NCBI RefSeq assembly: GCF_964213995.1
Contig: NC_135804.1
Coordinates: forward strand, 67,828,001 to 67,892,000
From: Mustelus asterias
Taxonomy: Eukaryota
Length of the DNA: 64,000 bases
Direction of reading: 5' to 3'
Position 1 is the first letter of the stretch. Each line of letters opens with the position of its first letter. Below are positions 36,340 to 49,869 of the stretch, in pieces. The position numbers were made by a program, and so were the translations under genes. Below the pieces are notes generated by a model. The model was not told the DNA's origin. It ran no database searches and saw nothing but the letters and a program-made list of their open reading frames with translations.

Positions 36340-38122
36340 AACATAGAGCATAGAACAGTCCAGCACAGAACAGGCCCTTCGGCCCACGATGCTGTGCCGA
36401 GCTTTATCTGAAACCAAGATCAAGCTATCCCACTCCCTACCATCCTGGTGTGCTCCATGTGCCTACCCAATAACCGCTTAAATCTTCCTGAAGTGTCTGA
36501 CTCCACTATCACTGCACGCAGTCCATTCCACACCCCAACCACTCTCTGAGTAAATAACCTAGCTCGGACATCCTTCCTATATCTCCCACCATGAACCCTA
36601 TAGTTATGACCCCACGTAATAGGTCCAACCACCCGAGGAAATAGTCTTTGAACGTTCACTCTATCTATCCCCTTCATCATTTTATAAACCTCTGTTAAGT
36701 CTCCCCTCAACCTCCTCAGCTCCAGAGAGAACAGTCCTAGCTCCCTCAACCTTTCCTCATAAGACCGACCCTCCAAACCAGGCAGCATCCTGGTAAATCT
36801 CCTTTGCACTCTTTCCAGTGCTTCCACATCCTTCTTATAGTGAGGTGACCAGAACTGCACACAATATTCCAAATGTGGTCTCGCCAAGGTCCTGTACAGT
36901 TGCAGCATAACCCCACGGCTCTTAAACTCTAACCCCCTGTTAATAAAAGCTAACACACTATAGGCCTTCTTCACAGCTCGATCTGCTTGAGTGGCAACCT
37001 TCAGAGATCTGTGGATATGGACCCCAAAATCTCTCTGTTCCTCCACAGTCTTCAGAACCCTATCTTTGACCCTGTAATCCACATTTAAATTAGTCCTACC
37101 AAAATGAATCACCTCAAATTTATCAGGGTTAAACTCCATCTGTCATTTTTCAGCCCAGCTTTGCATCCTATCTATGCCTCTTTGCAGTCTACCACAGCCC
37201 TCCACCTCATCCACTACTCCACCAAGCTTGGTGTCATTAGCAAATTTACTGATCCACCCTTCAGCCCCCTCCTCTAAGTCATTAATAAAAATCACAAATA
37301 GCAGAGGACCACGCAATGATCCTTGTGGCACTCTGCTAGCAACCTGCCTCCAATCCGAAAAATGTCCATCTGTCTGTGATCAGATAGCCAGTTACCTATC
37401 CAATCGGCCAACTTTCCCTCTATCCCACACCTCCTTACTTTTATCATAAGCTGACCATGGGGGACCTTATCAAACACCTTACTAAAATCCATGTATATGA
37501 CATCAACTGCCCTAACTTCATCAACACACTTAGTTACCTCCTCAAAAAATTCAATCAAATTTGTGAGGCACGACTTGCCCTTCACGAATCCGTGCTGACT
37601 ATCCCGGATTAATCTGTATCTTTCTAATTGGTCATAAATCCCATCTCTAAGGACCGTTTCCATCAACTTGCCAACCACCGAAGTAAGACGAACCGGCCTA
37701 TAATTACCAGGGTCATTTCTATTCCCTTTCTTAAACAGAGGGACAACATTCACCACTCTCCAGTCCTCTGGCACCATCCCCGTGGACAGTGAGGACCCAA
37801 AGACCAAAGCCAAAGGCTCTGCAATCTCATCCCTTGCCTCCTAAAGTATCCTAGGATATATTTCATCAGGCCCAGGGGAGTTACCGACCTTCAGTTTATT
37901 CAAAACTGCTCGTACATCCTCCATTGGAACATCTACTTCCTCCAACCTATTAGCCTGTAACACCTTCTCACCCTCAAAAACATGGCCCCTCTCCTTGGTG
38001 AACACTGAAGAAAAGTATTCATTCATCACCTCCTATCTCTACTGACTCCATAAACAAGTTCCCACTACTGTCCTTGACCGGCCCTAACCTCACCCTGGTC
38101 ATTCTTTTATTTCTCACATAAG
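36340..38122 (-). mobile_element. CR1 LINE (RT domain to 3' end)
   Basis: ORFs 37292..37813 and 36420..37139 carry CR1 RT motifs. Confidence 0.93.
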
Positions 38123-40436
38123 AATAATGTAAAATACACCGCCAAAATGTCTGTATGGTGGTAGTAAGTCTCAGATACGCAAACAAACCTCTATAATCGA
38201 TGCGCCTCATGCAGATATTATGGTTCAGGTTAGAAACTCCAAAGTGTTTTATGAGGCCCTCCTGAGCCAGACGTTTTGCATCTTGAACATAGCTAGGATA
38301 AGCACGAGATGTTTCATTCTAGGTATTATTCAAGTGAGCCCACAAGGGAGCTTTTATGAGACAAAATTTAATTAATTATTTAATCAAAATGTATAGCAAG
38401 AAAATTGCCAAGAACGTTTATCAATTAGAAACAAGATCAAAACAGTCACACCAGTATTTAACCCTTAATGCATCTATGTAATGATGTTCCAATCAAAACC
38501 AAAATCCAATAAACAAAATCCCTCAGACAGATTTATCACTGCACAGGCTAAAGCTCACATGATACTAGAATCCAGTGTGTTGAATTCTGCTGTCAAATGA
38601 TCTTGAAAACTCAGAGCACCCTGCAGTCGCATGAGCTCCGCAACGCACCAAACCACAGATTGATTACTGCAGCATGGCTATAAGCCTTTCTTTCATTAAA
38701 CTGGTAAAATTTTCAAAGCAGAACTGGGAGAGAAACTTATTTTCTAGCTTGCTGCTGAGACTGCTTCGAAGACTGCAGCCAGACCTACCCATAGCTTTTT
38801 TCTCCACCCAACAATGACATCACCTAAGGCTGTGAGCATGAAATCATTTTTTAAGAAACATCTCTTAAAGGGACACTACCCTCACACAGTAAAACTATAA
38901 ATGTTCCTGCCATTACAAAAACAAGACAATATTCGCTAAGCAATTCTGCAGTAGCAACTGCTGATCGAATATCCCATCATCAATCTTCTGTTATGGCTGA
39001 TCATCAGCACCTTCGGCAGTAAAGTTACAATGTAATGAAAAAAAAACCGATTGTTCGAGCAGTATAATTGCTGAACACGTTATACACGTTGGCTATGTTT
39101 CACATTACTTTATTTTTTTTCAAAATTTGCTGCATTGTTTCTTCTAAATTGATTACATAGTTCACTTTCCTAGTTGGAGAGCTGATGGCGCAGTGGGAAT
39201 CCAACTTCTACCAATAATTCAGAGACTCAGGATAATGGTTTGGGAACATTTGTTAAATGTCATCGTGGTATCCACTGGAAATTTAATTAACTCAATATAA
39301 TTTGCAATTGAAAGCTAGTCTTATTAAAGTTGATCATAATTTGAAAAAAAATTTGATTGTTTTGCACACAGCCTATGCATCACCAAAGGTTTCCAGGAAG
39401 TAATTCTGCCATCTTTGCATTGTCTAACATACAAGTGATTGCACACCGACAGAAATATTATTAGTTATTAATTGTCTTCTGAAGTTACCGAAGAAAGGCA
39501 CTTGTGGCATGCGGCGTGCAGTTTTATAATGTACAATACACGGCCAAAATATCTGTGTGGTGGTAGTAAGTCTCAGTAATGCGAATTCAGTTCAAGAAGA
39601 ATTACGGAAGGGTATCAGATTCAGACTATGCAAACAGCACCACCAACCCGTGAATTAACTGGGATAAATGAGAAACTGCTGGAGTTCTGATCTTACAAGG
39701 GTAAAACTCCCCGAAATTAAAAATTATTTTTCGATCAGGTCTATCATCTTATCGTTCGGCTACAGGTGTCATCCACATTAAGTGTTGTATTGGTGACTGA
39801 ATACATTCACACTGAAGCGAAGTACATAAAGTATGCGGATTTTAACTTCTGGTTGCAAATGCGAAGGTAAATAAATCGCATTTCAAAACTACATGCAAAT
39901 TAAACAAAAACAAACACGTAATACATTTTATGAACAGGTATTCCTGAGCAGCATCACAGCAAAGCAAAAATCTTTGCAAAACGTTTCTCGTGGAATATGG
40001 GAGAGGCTGCCAAAACGTCACTGTTGCCCATATATATTTCCTTTTGAAAAGTTCGTCGTGGTCGCTTTCTTGAATGCTATTATAATTCTGCTGCGGGAAA
40101 GCCCGTTTTGTTCGTGGGAAAGGAATTTCAAGATGTTCATCATGTTCGGCGGAAACCTTCTTTCGTTTCCTCTGCCAATGTGCCAGCGTCGGTGAACGAT
40201 TCTTTCAAAGTTCATCCAGACTAAGGACTAACAAGCCATTGCAAACCATAAGCCACTGCCGCAAAAGTGGACAGCATTACTGTTTGATGTGTCAAAGATT
40301 AATATTGCCACGAATGGATATCCACTTCTTTTGCAGTTGGTGTGCACCTACAACTTCATTGACGCCAATCTAGTCAACACAGTATCAGGATGTTACATCA
40401 ATCTCCAAGTGTTACGCCAGCAGGATTCGACTCATG

Positions 40437-42678
40437 GAGCCCGATTTTACCATTGCGTCGCGCCCATTTTCGGACGCAAAAACGTGGTAAAGTCGGGTGT
40501 GAGGCCATTGCGTCTGCGCAGATGCCCACTTTACCAAGGCCGGAAAATGGCCGCGATCCAATTCGCGCCCGAAACGGGCGCAACGGCGATTTAAATGAAT
40601 TTGCATTCATTTAAATTGAATTAATGGGCTGCCCGCCCACGTTTATCAGCATTTTCCCCTTTACCATCAAGTTCATAAGTCCAGATATGGCGTGAAATAG
40701 ACATGCTCGGCCAAGGTCTGTTTCGAGAGCTCCAGCTTCTGAAGAGGTGAGTTCAGAGCTTCCAACGGCTGTCTGACTCAGATCGGTGCTGGGAAGGGTG
40801 GGGGGGGGGGGGGGGGGCTTGGCGGGGCGGTGGAGAGAGGCGGGACAGATCATTCTGATCATTCTCTGGTCAGGCGGGGAGGGATGTCAGATCGTTTTCT
40901 GGTGGATGGGGAGAGGGAGGAATGCCCGATGGTGTCTGGTTGGGGGGAGGGCGGGGACGGGGCGGAGGCAGAGAGAGGTCAGATTGTTGTCTGGTGGGGG
41001 GGAGGAGGGAGACCTGATCATTCTCTGGTGGGGGGAGACGGAGAGGTTGGGGGGGGGGCGTTGGCAGGGGGTCACCATTGGGGGGGTGGATTGATAAGGG
41101 GTACAGTTATGTTGTGGGGATGGGGTGATGTCTGTGGGGACCATCGCTCCTGCTTCCCACTCCCGAGCCGCAAAAAGTGGACAAAGTGGCCCGGGAGCGA
41201 TGTGACATGGGCACATGTTTAATATTTTTCTCACTGCGCATGCACAATTCAAAGCTCCGATCCTTGCAACAGCGTTTCCGGCACGCTAAGCCCCGCACAC
41301 ATCGCATTTCAAGCTTTTTTGTCAGGCTAAGTGCGTATGGGGGCGCTTCGGAACAGATTTCCCAAGGGGCCCGACTTTAACATTTTGATTCGACATGCTG
41401 AATTTGGGCGCAATTCAGATCTGTACTGTAAAGGCGTTCTCAGGCGCCCCCATACGCATTTAGCCTGAAAAAAAAGTAATGAGTCTGAATTGTGCTGTGG
41501 GCGGGGCTTATCGCTCCAAAACGCTGCTGCTCCGATCGGAACTTTGAACTGCACATGCACAGTGAGAAAACAATTTGCAAAATGTGCCCCTGTCACATCT
41601 CTCCCAGGCTGCAAAAAGCGGATAAAGCAGCGGGGGAGTGAAAAGCGTGAACGATGGCCCCCACAGAGATCACCCCACCCCCCACAACACGACTGTCGCC
41701 ATTATCCAGCCAATCCCCTCCACTACCCAGATCGATCATGACCCTGTGCCCCCTTCCCCCTACCGATTGCCCGCAGAGTGGCAGCAGACCCCTCCCTTAC
41801 TTGTCACCCCCCAACCCCCCCACCAGAGATCCATCTGGCCTCCCTCCCACCCCACCAGTGAGCGATTGGGCCTCCCTCCCACCAGAGAATGATCGGGCAT
41901 CCCCCCCACCAGAGGATGATCATCCTCCCCCAACCAGATAATTTTCTGGCCTCCCCTCCCGCAACTAATGATTGGGCCTCCCCCCGCCCCCCCCCCCCCC
42001 CCCCCACCAAATAGTGATCGGGCCTGCCCCCGAGAGAATGATCGGGCCTCCCACCTCCCTCCCCCCTCCAGTAAATGATCAGGCCTCCCTCCTTCCACCC
42101 TCCCGGAGAACGATCTGGCCTCTCCCCACCCCACCAGAGAATGATCGGGCCTCCATCCTCCCTCCATTCTCTCCCCAGCAGCCCCCCCCCCCCACCCCCC
42201 CTCCCACCAGAGATGCATTTGACCCTCCTCCCTCACCCTCACCAGAGGACGATTGGGCCTCTCTCCTCCCCTCCTTCGCCCCCGCAACCAGAGAATGATC
42301 TGACCCACCTCCCTTCCCCCCAACCCAACGATCTGAGTCACAGAGTCGCTGGAAGCTCTGAACATACGTCTTCAGAAGCTGAAGCGCCCGAAACACTCCT
42401 TTGCTGAACATGTCTGTTTCACGCTGAATCTGGATGGGCGAACACAATGGTAAACGGAGAAATGCTGGTAAAGGTGGGCGGACAGCTCATTAATTCAATT
42501 TTAATGCATGCGAATGCACTTAAACCCCATTGCGCCTGTTTCGGGCGCGATTTGGATTGTGGCCATTTTCGGGCCTTGGTAAAGTGGGCATCTGCGTGGA
42601 CGCGGGCATGGATCGTGTTAATGGCCTCACGTCAGACTTTACCAAGTGTTCGCGTCCGTACAATGGTAGAATCGGGCC
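40437..42678. mobile_element. ~2.2-kb foldback (long-TIR) non-autonomous DNA element, Harbinger-like ends, with internal G-rich/C-rich minisatellite
   Basis: Ends gagcccgattttaccattg / caatggtagaatcgggcc; arms are reverse-complementary inward to ~41350/41440. Confidence 0.85.
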
Positions 42679-42679
42679 T

Positions 42680-42935
42680 ACAGAATCAAAGAATCCATAC
42701 AGTCCCAAAGGATGCCATTTTGGCCTGTCCAGTCGGCACTGGCAGCAATCCCACCCAGACCCTCCCCCTGTAACCCCACGTCGTCACTCTGCAAGTCCAG
42801 CTGACACGAAGGGACAATTTAGTATGGCCAATCAACGTAACTCACACACGTTCGGAGTGTGGTATGGAATTGGAGCAAGCGGAGGAAACTAACGGAGACA
42901 CGGGGAAAACGTGCAAAATCCACAGAGACACAGAT
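42680..42935 (-). mobile_element. Degenerate, 5'-truncated HE1-type SINE
   Basis: Similar to 3562-3830. Confidence 0.7.
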
Positions 42936-44254
42936 CCGCATTTAACTCTCCACAAAAACATAACTTAGCCTGGTGTGGTGGAGCGAAAGTAGCGGCTCGT
43001 GACCAGAGATGTATCTGTGGTCTTGGCTGAAGACGCGTCGCTTTGCGTTTAATGCATTTCCACTTTCCCAGTAAATTCGCATGAGCTTTTGTAGTGGAAA
43101 TAGGTATTACGAGAAGAGTTAAACATATTTATCTCCATTTGCAAGAGATATAAACAGCAAAATTGAAGAATAATTTCTCAAAGGATCAAACCTCAAAATC
43201 CTTATTGAGACAGCAGCGACCGAATAAAATCTTGTTCGTTTGAAAAGTTATTACAGTGGCCCGGATTTTGTTACCTGAATAGAAGTGTTATTTAACCTTA
43301 TTCATTGTTTTTTGGGGGAGGGAACTGTACAGCAAGATATGCCGAAAGACAGAATTTCCTATGTTTCCTAATGGTCATCGAAACAATCTTCAAGAATTGT
43401 CGCAAGTGGTCGATTTATAAAGCGGCAGTGCCCAGAGCTGCGCCAATTTGTGAAGATTGCTAACAAGCTGCAGAGGTTTTAGCGATCTTTGGTTTGAAGC
43501 TGTTATGAGGAGGTGCAATACACAACGTACAGGGACGTTGGCAGTAATTGCATGAGATGGACACAATCTGTACTTTGTAATCCAAGACAATTTGGAAATG
43601 TGTCCCTTTCCGATTTGGAAATGTGTCCCTTTCTTCCATCTTCTTGCGTAAAATTCTTGGAAAGCACTCTCGCCGAGTGGTCCAGATGCTATATTCAGTG
43701 CCGCAGCTCAAAGACGCTTTTTGCACCGTATTAAGCTCAGTTGAGGATGGTCATCAAAGTTTGCTCTTGTCAGTGACATTCTCATGCCATTAATGTCACG
43801 CACAGGTAACTATGCCCTTGGATACAAACATAAGTAATCACGCAGGACCACACATACAAAGCAACTTCTGAAAGAGAGGGGGACGCAGGTAGCCATATAG
43901 ACTAACAGATATGCTCTTTGAGAGATGCAAAGGCAAATAAAGCAAAATGCTGCAAATGCTGAAAATATGAAGCAAAAATACAAAATTATGTATGTGTTCA
44001 CGCGGAGAATGAAACAGAACTAGCGTTTCGAATCGGACGTTTTCCTGTCCTGAGTTTAAGAACAAAATCCAGGCCTTTGAATTGAAAAATTCTAACGCAC
44101 GACATGTTATTCAGTCTCTGTTGTCTCACGAAGGATTCTAAGGTCTGAACCTTAGATTCTCTCCAAATATTAGTCAAGATCTGCTGATTATTCCGAACAT
44201 TTCATGCATTGATTAAAGGGAGGGGCGAACGTTAAATCAAAACATACAAATACC

Positions 44255-44935
44255 TTTATAGAAAGATAGAAGCAGGAGTTGGCCATTCGGCCTTTCGAGC
44301 ATGTTCAGCTGTTCATTGTGATCAAGGCTGATCATCAATCCAACACCTTAATCTCGCCTTCCCTCATGTCTGCTGATCCGTCTAGCCCTAAGAGCATTAT
44401 CTAATTCCTTCTTGAAATCACACAACGTATTGACCTCAAATACTTTCTGTGGTAGTGATTTCTGAAGATTTACCACTCCCTGCGTGAAGAAATGTTACTT
44501 TACTCACTCTTAACAGGTTTACCCATTATTCTCACACAATGCTCTCTCGTTCTGAGCACCTCCACCATCGAGAACAATATTTATTTTTCAACATCATCTA
44601 ATCCTGCAAGAATTGGATAGGTTTCTACGAGATCCTCTGTCATTCTTCTAAGGTTCAATGGGTGTAATCATATCCGATTGAACCTTTCCATATATGGCAG
44701 TCCCACATTCCAGGAAACAGCTTCGAAGAACGTTTCTGCCCTCTATCACAGCACAAATATCCTTCCTCTGATAAGGAGGCCAGAACTGCACAGAATACTT
44801 CAGATGTGGCCTCAGCAACGTCATATACAATTGCAGCAACACATCCCTCCCGACTTCTACACCAAAATCCTTTTGCTGTGAAGTCCAGCATACATTTTGT
44901 CTTCGGCACTGCCTGCTGTAGCAAAACGTTTACTT
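44255..44935 (-). mobile_element. CR1 3' fragment; continues at ~45905-46110
   Basis: LLQLYMTLLRPHLKYSVQFWPP. Confidence 0.8.
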
Positions 44936-44949
44936 GAATTGATTGATGC

Positions 44950-45840
44950 ACAATTTGATTTGATTTGATTATTATTGTTACATGCATTTGTATTCAGTGA
45001 AAAGTATTGTTTCTTCTGCACTATATAGACAAAGCATACCGTACATAGAGAAGGAAAGGAGAGAGTGCAGAATGTAATGTTACAGTCATAGCCAGGGTGC
45101 AGAGAAAGATTAACTTTATGCGATGTAGGTCCATTCAAAAGTCTGATGGCAGCAGGAAAGAAGCTATTCTTGATTTAGTTGGTATGTGCCAACAGATGTT
45201 TGTATCTTTTTCCCGAAGAGAGCCTGCCCGATGTGCGTGGGGTACTTAATTATGCGGGCTGCTTTTTCGGGAAGGCTGCCCTGACGTCTGCAATGGTGAC
45301 CTCGCATACAAGTTCGTTTCAAGGCTTCTGGGGTGGAGAGCGTGGCATATATTGCATTGAGCTCATCGGGGAGGGTTGCGTTGGTAATGGCAATTTTACA
45401 TGCCTTCATCTTGTACGCCTTGCAGAGCTTGCCATAGTCGTGGGGAGTCCGTGTTGCAAGCCTCGGACTTACGTTCGTCCTGTACTGGCTTTTGGCATCA
45501 TTGTTCGATCTCCTTCGGTCATATTTGACTTTGTTGTATAGGTCAAGGTCGCCTGACTTGAATGCTTCAGACCTGGACTTCAGCAAGCCGTGCATATCGC
45601 TGTTCACCTATAGGTTCCGGTTGGGAAACACGCGATTTGTTTCTTTGGCACACAGTCTTCCAGACATTTAGGAACAAAGTCAGTTACCGTAGTGGCGTAA
45701 TCGTTGAGGCAGGTCGCAGAATTTTTTAAATACTGACCAGTCTTCGACTGTACACTGTCCCGGAGGTGATCATCCAATTCCTCAGGGCAACATTGCACGG
45801 CTTTCATTGACGGATTCTCCCATTTCAGTAAGCCAGGAGC
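44950..45840 (-). mobile_element. Internally deleted Rex1/Babar LINE
   Basis: (atttg)n tail; LNDYATTVTDF..KCLEDCVPKK; LPDELNAIYA. Confidence 0.8.
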
Positions 45841-46109
45841 AGGAGCACAGCCTTGTGGTCTGAAATGGTCTCGGTGATTATCCACCTCTCTCAATTGACC
45901 CCCTGACAAATAATAACATGTCTTCTTCTTATTTCTACTGAAGGGATAAACTCATATTTATCCACATTATATTGCACTTGCCATGCATCTCCTCACTCAC
46001 TCAGTCTGTTAAAGTCACACTGAAGTATCTCTACTTTCCGTCTGATACATCACTCGCCATCCAACATTGCATTACCTACAGATGTTGAGATAATGGATTT
46101 AGAATCGCC

Positions 46110-47745
46110 AATACAAATGCACCCCTCCCCGATTAGCTCAATACATTTTATGCCCGTATTGAGCAAGAGATCAGCGAGAGCATGCCTCCTACTCCAGAAG
46201 TCTCGGCCAAACTGATGTCCGAGTTCACCATCACATACGTCAGATCAACTTTCTCGAAAGTCTACCCTCGGAAAGCAAATCGTCCGGATGGGATACCCGG
46301 ATGAGCACTCAGATCCTGTGCAGACCAGCTGGCGGATTATTCCCAGGCATATTTAACCTCTCTTTCCGCCAATCTGACGTCCAAATCTGCTTCAAGAAGA
46401 CGACCCTCATCGCTCTCCCAAACAAAAGCCAGGCAGCTTGCCTTAATGACTGTCATCCGGTGCCTCTGACATCCATCATTATTAAGAGCTTCGAAAGTTA
46501 GTCATGGCACAAATCAATTCCAGCCTCCCAGATTACCCAGATCCATTACAGTTCACCTATCGCTGGAACAGGTTCACGGCAGAGGCCATCACCTTGGTGC
46601 TGCACTCAACATTGGAACACCTGCATAAGAAATTCACATATGTCAGACTCCTATTTACTGACTACAGCTCAGTCTTCAACGCCATCATTCCTACAATATT
46701 CATCTCCAAACTCCATAGTCTGGGGCTCGTCTCCTCCTTCTGTGACTGGATCCTAGCCTTTCTAACTCACAGATTGCAATCAGTAAGGATAGGCAACAGC
46801 ACCTCCTCCACGATCATCCTCAACATTGGTGTCCTCAGCCGCTTCGCTTACTATGCTTCGTATAAGCTGTGTGACCAAATTCCCCCCCGACTCGACTTTC
46901 AATTTACTGATGATACCACCGTCGTGGGTCGGATACCACCGTAGTGGGTCGGATCTCAAACAATGATGTGATGGATAATAGGAAAGAGATAGAGATACTG
47001 ATGAATTGATGCGAAGGCAATAATCTCTCCCTCAATGTCAAATAATTGAAGGAGATAGTCATCGACTATATCAAGGGGGATTAAGCGGAAATGGTCGCAA
47101 GGTTCAAATTTCTCGGTGTCCAGATAACCAAAAAACCTTTCTAGTCCCTCCACTTTCATGCTGTAGCTAAGAAAGCACAACAACGCCTCTACTCTCTGAG
47201 GAGGCTAAATACATTTGACATATCTGCTCAGACTCTCACCAACTTTCAAAATTCACCATAGGAAACATTTTTTTCTGGTTGTTTCACAGCTTGGTGTGGC
47301 TTCTGCTCTATCCAAGACCACAAGAAACTACAAATGGCCGTCAACGACGCCCAGCCAATGTTGCAAAGTAACCTCCCATCCATTGACTCCGTCTACACTT
47401 CCTGCTGCCTTGGAAAAGCAGCCAGCATAATCAAGGAGCCCACGCACTCCCGACATACACTCTTCCACCTTTTTCCATCAGGAAGAAAGATATAAAAGTC
47501 TGTGGTCATCGACCAACCGACTGAAGAACAGCATCTTTCCCTCTGCCATCAGACTTTTGAATAGACCTACCTCGTATTCAGTTGATCTTTCTCTGCACCT
47601 TACCGACGAGTGTAACATTACATCCTGCGCCACCTCCTTTCCTTCTCTATGTACGGTATGCTTTGTCTGTATAGCGCACAAGAAACAATAGTTTTCACTG
47701 TATAATAATACATGAGACAATAATGTATCAATTCAAATCAAATCA
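46110..47745 (+). mobile_element. Rex1/Babar LINE RT remnant
   Basis: DPLQFTYR, VRLLFTDYSSVFNAIIP, FTDDTTVVG; (aaatc)n tail. Confidence 0.85.
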
Positions 47746-47989
47746 GACCAAATTAGTTCCCACTTCCAAATCATTAACAGTCTAATGATGACCACGAAAC
47801 CATTGTCAATTGTTGTAAGAAATCATCTGGTTCACTAATGTTCATTAGGGAAGAAAATCTGCCATCCGTAACTGGACTGGCCGACATGTGACTCCAAATC
47901 CACAGCAATGTGGATTAAATCGCCTTAAGTTTGTCAATAATCGCTGGCCCAGCAAGCAATGCCCACATCCTGTGAATGAATGAAAGGAA

Positions 47990-49560
47990 TGTATCCACAT
48001 TGAACTGCATGTGTATGTATATGCCAACTCTATCAGTCTGTCCAAACCACACTGAAGCATCATTGTATCCTCCACAATGCTCACCCTCTCACCTGGAAAT
48101 CATCATCTGTAAATTTCGAGATATTGCATTTAGTTCCCAAATCCAGATCATTCATACGCAATGTGTACAGTTGAGGTCCTAGCATTGATCGCTGCACTGC
48201 CCTACCAGTCACTGCCTGCCAACTGATAAGAGACCCATTTATTCCAAACTTTGATTTCTTCCTGCCAAACAGCTTTCCCTCCATGTCAAGACACTACCCG
48301 CAATCCTAAGCATCTCAACTTTATATTGTAGTCTGCTATTTGTGACCTTGTCACAAGATCTGTGAAAATGTAAATAAGCCACTCCCACGTGTTCACCTTC
48401 TTCAATTCTACTCGTGCCATCTTTGAAGAATTCCAGTAGATTTGTCAAGCATGATTTCCTTTCATCGATTCAAGTAAGGTTGATTTATTTGTCAAAAGTA
48501 GGCTTACATTCACACTGCAATAAAGTTACTGTGAAAATCCCCGAGTCGCCGCACGCTGGCTCCTGGACACTGAGGGAGAATTTAGCTTGGCCAATTCACG
48601 TAACCTGCACACCTTTGGACTGTGGCAGAAAAGCAGAACACCCAGAGGAAACACACACAGGGAGAATCCACACAGGCAGTGCCCTAGGCCGGAATCGAAC
48701 TCCGATCCCTGGCGCTGTGAGGCAGCAGTGCTAACCACAGTGCCACCGTGCTTGCTTGACAACATCACTGTTTTCCAAATGCTGTGCTATGAAATCCCTG
48801 ATAATGAATTCTAGTAACTTCCCTACTACCAACGTTATCCTCACTTATCTATAATTCCCTGTTTTTTTCTCTAACTCTCTTCTTGAATAGATTGGTTAAA
48901 CATTCTCTCGCCTCCGACCTGTAGGAACCATGCCAGAGTCCAAAGAATTTTGTAAAACGACTAAAATGGATTTCTATTTAAAGTCCCACTTCCTTAAGTA
49001 TTCTGAGCTGACGAGTATCCAGCGCTGGAGATTTTTCCGCCTTCAGTCCCATAAATTTCCACAAAACCATTTCTCTATTAATACTGATTTTCTCCGGCTT
49101 CTCACTAAAATTTGTGTTGCGAAGAACTTCCGATACATTATTTCTGTCTTCCTTTGTGCAAACAGAAGCAAAGTACATATTTATTTCCTCAGCCAATTTA
49201 TTGTTCCACCTTATGAAATTCCCCCCAGCTGAATGCAAAGGGCCTACATTCGTTTTTGTTCATCTCTTTTTTTTTTGCATACATTAAAAAACGTTTACAG
49301 TCAGGTTATATGTTCCCCATTAGCTTGCTTTCACGTTATAATTTCTTCCTCTTCATCAATTCCTTGGTCCGCCTTTGCTGAAAGTTTAAACTGCTCCCAA
49401 TGCACAAGTCTATTTGTTTCTCTTGCGAATTTTAAAGTTTGTTATTTGAATATAAAACAACCTCTAATTTCCCTTGTTGGACATGGTTGGCCACGTTCCA
49501 TTTGTACTCTCGCGCAAAATGGGAATACACAACTTTTGGAGTTAACCTGTTCATTCCTTG
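47990..49560 (-). mobile_element. Degenerate CR1 fragment with a nested SINE (~48475-48750)
   Basis: TNLLEFFKD, ISKFTDD, LAEEINMYFASV. Confidence 0.8.
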
Positions 49561-49840
49561 CATACCTACGATTCTCGCCAATTTTTACAGATGCACGATA
49601 GAAAATGTGCTTTCCGGATGTATCACAGCTTGCTACGGCTCCTGCTCTGAGCAAGACCGCAAGAAAATATAATGGGTGTGAACGGAACCCAGTCCATCAC
49701 GCAAACCAGTCTCCCATCCATTGACTCTGGCTACACTTTCCGTTGCTACAGAAAATCCGACAGCATAATTAAGGAGCCCACGCACCCCGGACATACTCTC
49801 TTGCAACTTCTTCTGTCGGGAAAATGATGAAAAATTACTG
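49555..49840 (+). mobile_element. Rex1/Babar 3' fragment
   Basis: NFYRCTIENVLSGCITACYGSCSEQDRKK. Confidence 0.75.
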
Positions 49841-49869
49841 TGGACCAGGCACAGATTGCTGAGGCACAA

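Noticed and set aside
38245-38886. Possible solo LTR (TG...CA)
   Set aside because: No clear TSD and no second copy in the window.
40786-42447. Multiple Gly/Pro-rich ORFs
   Set aside because: Artefacts of the G-rich/C-rich minisatellite in the foldback element.
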